Assembly: GCA_051313645.2 (NCBI GenBank)
Contig: JBNRSN020000024.1
Location: forward strand, 48,918,001 to 48,982,000
Source of the DNA: Centroscyllium fabricii
Lineage: Eukaryota
Direction of reading: 5' to 3'
DNA: 64,000 nucleotides
Shown: piece by piece, positions 58,589 to 64,000 of the stretch
Layout: every line of letters begins with the position of its first letter
Numbering within the stretch: position 1 is the first letter of the stretch
Position numbers and translations under genes: made by a program
Notes under the pieces: model-generated
Seen by the model: the letters and a program-made list of their open reading frames with translations, nothing else
Told to the model about the DNA's origin: nothing
The model's database searches: none

Positions 58589-59285
58589 CAGGTTGAGCAC
58601 CGTTAATCCGTGTCCCGAATAGCCGGCAGCTTCAGTCTGCCGGCACAAAATGCCCCGACTGCACTGCGCATGCGCAAAATGGCAGCCCCCATCGTGGCTT
58701 CAGCGAATGATCTGCGCATGCGCCGACCGCATGCGCAGATCATTCAAAACAGCTGCGGGTGTTTTGAATGATCTGCGCATGCGTCACCGGACGGTTAGCG
58801 CATGCGCAGATAATTCAATACGGCCGCCCGTTATTTTCTCGATCCGAAACAACAGAAATCTCTGGAGAAACTCAGCAGGCCAGGCAGCATCTGAAGAAAG
58901 GTCATCGACCTGAAACGTTAACTCTGCTTCTCTCTCCACCGATGCTGCCTGGCCTGCTGAATTTCTCCAGCGTTTTCTGTTATTACTTCAAAATGATCAT
59001 AGTCACACAGCTGTTGCTTAGTGACTGAGGCGGACAGTCACTAAGCAACAGCTGTCAGCCTGAGTCCCGCTCGGCGGCAGCAGCAACCCCAAAGGCGATG
59101 GAGAGGGACGGCGGACCCGGGCCCGATCTGCGCATGCGCGCGCCAGGCAATCGCAATGCTGCGCGCATGCGCGCGGCCATTTTGCCTGGCGCGCATGCGC
59201 AGTGTCCAAACTCGTTCTCCCGGTTTTTTCCATTTCCCGGCACGGGCCTGGTCCCGCCCGTGCCCGATTAACGGTGCTCAACCTG
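58589..59285. mobile_element. Tc1/mariner-type MITE, copy 5, with pLTR/hammerhead and hairpin cargo
   Basis: TA|CAGGTTGAGCACCGTTAATCCG ... CCGATTAACGGTGCTCAACCTG|TA. Confidence 0.88.
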
Positions 59286-59326
59286 TATTTATAAACAGTG
59301 TCTGAATGCACGTCAATAGTGTGACG

Positions 59327-59361
<35 letters not shown>

Positions 59362-62300
59362 TATTTGTAATGTATATGCGCAATTGTTAAAATATAGGCC
59401 GCTAAAAACATGTGCCTCGCTACGCTGCGCAACCTATATTTTGCGTTACACTTTGCTGTGCACCCACCCCGTGTCTCCCTGGATTTGGTTTTGAAAATAT
59501 GGTCGCCCCACTTTAGAACACTGCAGTATCACTCCTCGTATCTGCTCATCAATTTAAATACCAATCCCCTGAAAAGACACATTTCTGCAGGCTATCTCAA
59601 CTTTATAGGGCATTGTCTCCATGTGCTAATCTATTCACACTTCCTAAAGTTGGACATTACCACAAAATTAAACTCTCAAAGTATAGGAATTAAAATGCAG
59701 CTAGATAAGAACCCAATTTTAATATAAGCACAAACAAGCATCCTTTTGTCCTTGCCAAAAATAAATTCCATTTGATGTGGTGCGTTGGAGTGGGGGAGGA
59801 AAACCTACAGCTCAGTAAAGATTATTCTGAAGTCAAAAATCAAAAATATACAAACCCAAATCACGGAACAGGCTATAACACCCTTTTAACACTCCACAGA
59901 ACCCGAGATATAATGCACTTGGTTTATGCTTTCATTACAAATAGGGAAACCATATCAAACAACTGTTTCTGCAACCAGTGTTCCCTGCAAGGTGTGCGGC
60001 TGCGCATCGCTGCAGCGAACCTGCACTGCCGGCATTTTCAATGTAAAAACCGCGCATGTGCGGTATTTTGAATGACGCAGGGCCAAAAAAAAGACAGGGC
60101 ACATCGTCTGCAACATGACTCAATAGCAAACCTTTGGCCAGCATTTAAAACTATGGCAGGCACAGGATCAACAGAATTATCTAATATTTTTTGCCAGATA
60201 AAGTTGATAGAATTCACACATCCTTCTTGGATGCTATGGTCAATAATATTTCAGACTTGTGTTCAACATGATAAAATTTCAAGACTTTATGGGCCATCAT
60301 CTCTCAACAATCCAACAGCAGTTCCTGTACAAGGACTTTCCCCATCATCCGGAAGCTGCAACTTTTTTACCCATTTTACAGTATTTGCAGTAACCTGTTT
60401 ACTGGACTCATTGCAGTTGTGTGCGGCACTATCAAACTTTTCAAAATAGGAGATATTACCACAGAGCAGCATTTATAGACTGAAGTAATCAAGCTCTTTT
60501 TTTAACAATTATGTGATATACAGCACAAAACTCGATAAATATCAAGAGTAGGATATATAATTAAGAGTCTTGCATCTACTGCGAATCACTCTCCTCAAAA
60601 GGCACCACAACCTCAAAAGGGCCGTGTTTCTGTATTGCAGGCAGTAGCTAGTGGGGACATGGGCATGGGGAAGAAAGAGAACTCTTTTTAAGATTTTGTC
60701 CAGGACAATGGGAACAATAAAAAGACAATGGTGTTAAGTAGAGTAGCAGCTATTGACTTAGGCAAGGCAACTGAAGAGAAGTCAGCTGAGGGCTGTCTGG
60801 GATGATAGGATCAGGCTTGAGTAAGGAGTGAGAGACATGGTTCCAGCAGTGGACAAGGCTGTGGACGTGGGGAGGGATTGTAAGTGAGAGGAGCAATAAT
60901 GGAGACACATGAATAGTGAAGTGAGGTGGTAAGGAGTTTAGGAGGACAGAAAAGGACTAAAAAAAAAATTAAAACTTCAAATTTATAATGTTTTGAATGA
61001 CCTTAACAAGTCTGGATGAATGAAACATCAGGAAACCTCAAATTTTTATGCGTTTCCAAATTGACACTTTCAGGACAGAGCCTGAAATTGCACACAAGCT
61101 CAAACAGTTACTTTAGCATTAATTTTAAATATACTCTCCTGCAGCTGTTGCTTGTTATGTGGTATTTAAGCTTGAAATATCCTATTACAGCATTACCTAC
61201 AGGCAAAATGGGTACTGCAGTTTAATGTTGACATTCATAATGAATTCTCCCACAGATAGAGCCTGACATACAATTTTTCAAAGCAATTTGAAATGCAACG
61301 TTGCTATGCACTCAACGATTTTAATAGATAATAGTCTTATGTATAGTGTGCACTTACTTCCTGCATCGTTCCCCCGTCACACTTTATTTGTAACACCCTT
61401 CTGATAAAACAGTGTCTTCTTTCCAACTGCAGGATTGGAGGTTTTGTGACCTGCTTTATGTTGGATAATGAGGTAGAAAACCAAGCTGAAAGGGAAAAGG
61501 AAAAACTAACCTGCCCCATCATATGCTGGCTGCAAAATCCCATATTGCTGGCTGATCAATGCAATCAGTGAGAAGATTTGCAGCCTTAAGGAGCTCCGGT
61601 AGAAGAACTTTTGCAAGAAAAACATACTATTGGTTATTTCCCTCTTTACTAGCTGCAGAACACTTTTACCTGTAAGGTTTTTTAATGCATGGTATTACAC
61701 CGCACAAAAAGTGCACGCAAGCATTGTAAAGGCTATTCTGCATCACGCAAAAACATACAACTTGGGATTACCCGGTGGGATACCAGTCAATGAACACCTA
61801 ATTGGCCTATCTGAAATTCCTCTCTCCACTACTTTCGAGGAGGCATTTAGCTCTTGCGGAATCAACAGCGAGAGGAACTTCAGATGAATGTGTTCTGTTT
61901 GATAATGTCGGCATAATTTCGGGAAGTTATCTATTGAAGTACTTACTGAATTTTTTAAACCCTTGCTCCTTCATCCAGTTACTCAAAGATCACACATAAA
62001 AATCAAAGGACGACAATTTTTTATGATCTCCGATTGCCACCAGGGAAATCATGAAACTGTATTATGAGGAAAGAATCAGAATGGATTGGTCTGCGAGATG
62101 CACAGAAGCTTACCAGCTGCCACGGACACCATAATCAATTATATGAGAAACCTTCATATCAGCTGTCAGAACAAATACTTCCAAGCTCAACGGTTATATT
62201 GCAGTATAAACCCTTCCACTGTTCATTTCATTCACCTCTTAGTGCCAGAGTTTATGCCACTCCAGGGGAGGATGAAATTGGTGACAATATCTAACTGGAA

Positions 62301-62682
62301 GAAGTTGTGGCTCATCTAAGACTGGATGTTGGACAACTAGTCGGACAACACAGAAGCAGTGGAGGGATCGAGAAAAGTGATGGGGAGGTATAGCTGAGTT
62401 TTCGTCAGTGTACATATGGTTGATCGCATGTCTGCAGATGATGCTGCCAAAGGGCAGCAGGTAGATGAGTAGAGGAGAGGGCCAAGGATCGATCTTTAGG
62501 GAACTCCACAGTTAAGGTGCGGAGGGCGGGAAGAGAAATCATTGCTGGAGATGCTCTGACTACAATCGGATAGGTGCTGTGGCAGGGAGGATACCCAACT
62601 GGAGATAGTCAAAACAGGGAGTTGTGGGAAACATGGGAATGGATTCATGAGGTGACAACACATTCAAGGACTAGAGGAAAGG

Positions 62683-63081
62683 TGCAAGAAGTCACACAAC
62701 ACCAGGTTATAGTCCAACAGTTTTATTTTAAATCACAAGCTTTCGGAGCTTCTGCCCCTTCGTCAGGTGAAAGAGAGACTGACTTAAAGAACGCACATAT
62801 GGGAGGGAGAAATCCGATCTCTCCCACATCTCACCTTAGCAGAGATAGACAGAACACACAAAGGCGTATTAACATATTTTAACACATCAGTCTGAGAGCA
62901 ATGAGGCACAGTCGCAAGGGGTCAAATGCTGCAAAACACACAGAATGATTTAAAAAAAGGAATTTCCTTACAAGACAAAGATGTCCCTCGTCTGGATGAC
63001 TCTACGTCAGGCAGGGTCACATGTAGCGTGACATGAAGCCAATATCACGGTTGAGACCGTCCTCATGGGTGCGGAATTTGG
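62683..63081 (-). mobile_element. 5'-truncated Penelope-like element with a 12-bp TSD
   Basis: TSD CTAGAGGAAAGG (62671-62682 and 63082-63093); GIY-YIG C-terminus AKFRTHEDGLNRDIGFMSRYM*; pLTR with hammerhead and AATAAA. Confidence 0.85.
62733..62770 (-). ncRNA. Minimal type I hammerhead ribozyme motif (Penelope pLTR)
   Basis: Minus strand UCAC-CUGACGA-A-GGGGC-AGAA-GCUCC-GAAA-GC-UU-GUGA: intact core, 5-bp stem II, 4-bp stem I, palindromic AAGCUU stem III. Confidence 0.8.
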
Positions 63082-63864
63082 CTAGAGGAAAGGGAGGTTG
63101 GAGACGGGGTAGTAGTTAGCAAGGACGGAGATGTCAAAGGAGGGATAGTTTTGAAAGGGAAGGGTAACGTACCCGAAAAGGAATTACTTACAACGTCAGC
63201 TTGCATGGGGGCCACAAAGAGAAATTGTGTGGTCAGCAGTTTAGTGCGAATGGAATCAAGGGAGCAGGAGGTGGGTTCAGTGGACAAGAGCAGCTCAGGG
63301 AGGGCATATGGGGAGATGGGAGATGTGGTCTCAGGGTGAGCCAGTTTGACTTGATGGTCAAGGAGAAGGGCAGAAAGCAGCACAGAATTGTCTCCATCTT
63401 AGTGAAGAAGTTCATGAGCTCCTTGCACTTGTTGGAGGCGAGGGTGGCGGTGGGTGAGAGGGTTTTGAGGAGATGCTTAGTAGTGGAGAAAAAAAGCCAG
63501 GGATTATCTTTCCTTTCCAGGCTGATCCTGGAGTAGCGAGAAGTTTTGGCAGAGGAGAGCGAGGCCCAATGGTGCTTGATGCAGTCCAGCCAGATCTGGT
63601 GATGGATGGGATGGTCAAACTGTCTAACAGGTATGCTAAAGTGAGCATCCTTTGGAATTGATCCTCCATCGAGTGAGGGCAGGGTTATTGGGAAGAAGAG
63701 TCACACCTGGGCAGTTCCTCACACCTGATGGCATTCACCGATAAGAGGCAATGATAGTGGTCTGGAAGCAGGCTGCACCTCACAGCAGCAGAGGCCTAAA
63801 AGCCCGACCTACAAGAAGCCAGGCGATCATGTGCCATGAGAAACAACATAAAAATAAATACAAT

Positions 63865-64000
63865 GGCCCAGAAATTTGGGTCCCAACGCGTGAGTATGCG
63901 CTGGGTACTCACCCGTAGGCCCATCCAACGTGCCGGTTTCCTGCATGCACAGCGCATGCGCGCAATACCGGCACTTATGATCTCCTGACAGAAGGGTTCA
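63865..64000. mobile_element. Left end of a Harbinger-like MITE (related to family B), cut by the window edge
   Basis: GGCCCAGAAATTTGGGT..CTGGGTACTCAC resembles the start of the 26973 element. Confidence 0.55.

Larger units (their letters stand above)
56849..59510. mobile_element. Non-autonomous hAT (Blackjack/MER81-MER94-like ends) hosting nested elements
   Basis: TIR TAGGGTGACCATA / TATGGTCGCCCCA; perfect 8-bp TSD CTTTAGAA at 56841-56848 and 59511-59518. Confidence 0.88.
62270..63690 (-). mobile_element. L2 LINE fragment interrupted by a Penelope insertion
   Basis: PTSCSLDSIRTKLLTTQFLFVAPMQADVVSNS and RT-like sequence similar to 2995-3535 on both sides of the insertion. Confidence 0.75.

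Overview
Vertebrate nuclear DNA, almost certainly from a shark or ray: it carries HE1/V-SINE, SacSINE1-like DeuSINE, CR1, L2, Rex1/Babar and Penelope-like elements. The window lies inside one minus-strand gene, USP32 (ubiquitin-specific peptidase 32). Eleven GT-AG coding exons (about exons 6-16 by human homology, 893-40823) splice in phase into 429 codons covering the EF-hand region and DUSP domain; the 5' exons and catalytic domain lie outside the window. The introns are dense with nested transposons. The most notable items are: (1) a TA-flanked Tc1/mariner-type MITE family in five copies with shared ends but different cargo (a 31-bp CpG minisatellite, an exon-like acidic coding fragment, a Penelope hammerhead hairpin, a perfect 21-bp hairpin); (2) a ~1-kb composite SVA-like retroposon with a 14-bp TSD and a Rex1/Babar tail; (3) an intact minimal hammerhead ribozyme in a TSD-flanked Penelope insertion, in USP32 sense orientation; (4) long hairpins on both sides of exon 7; (5) in-frame alternative splice donors. 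Family names and homology calls come from recalled consensus sequences, not from a search. Ends of old repeats are approximate.
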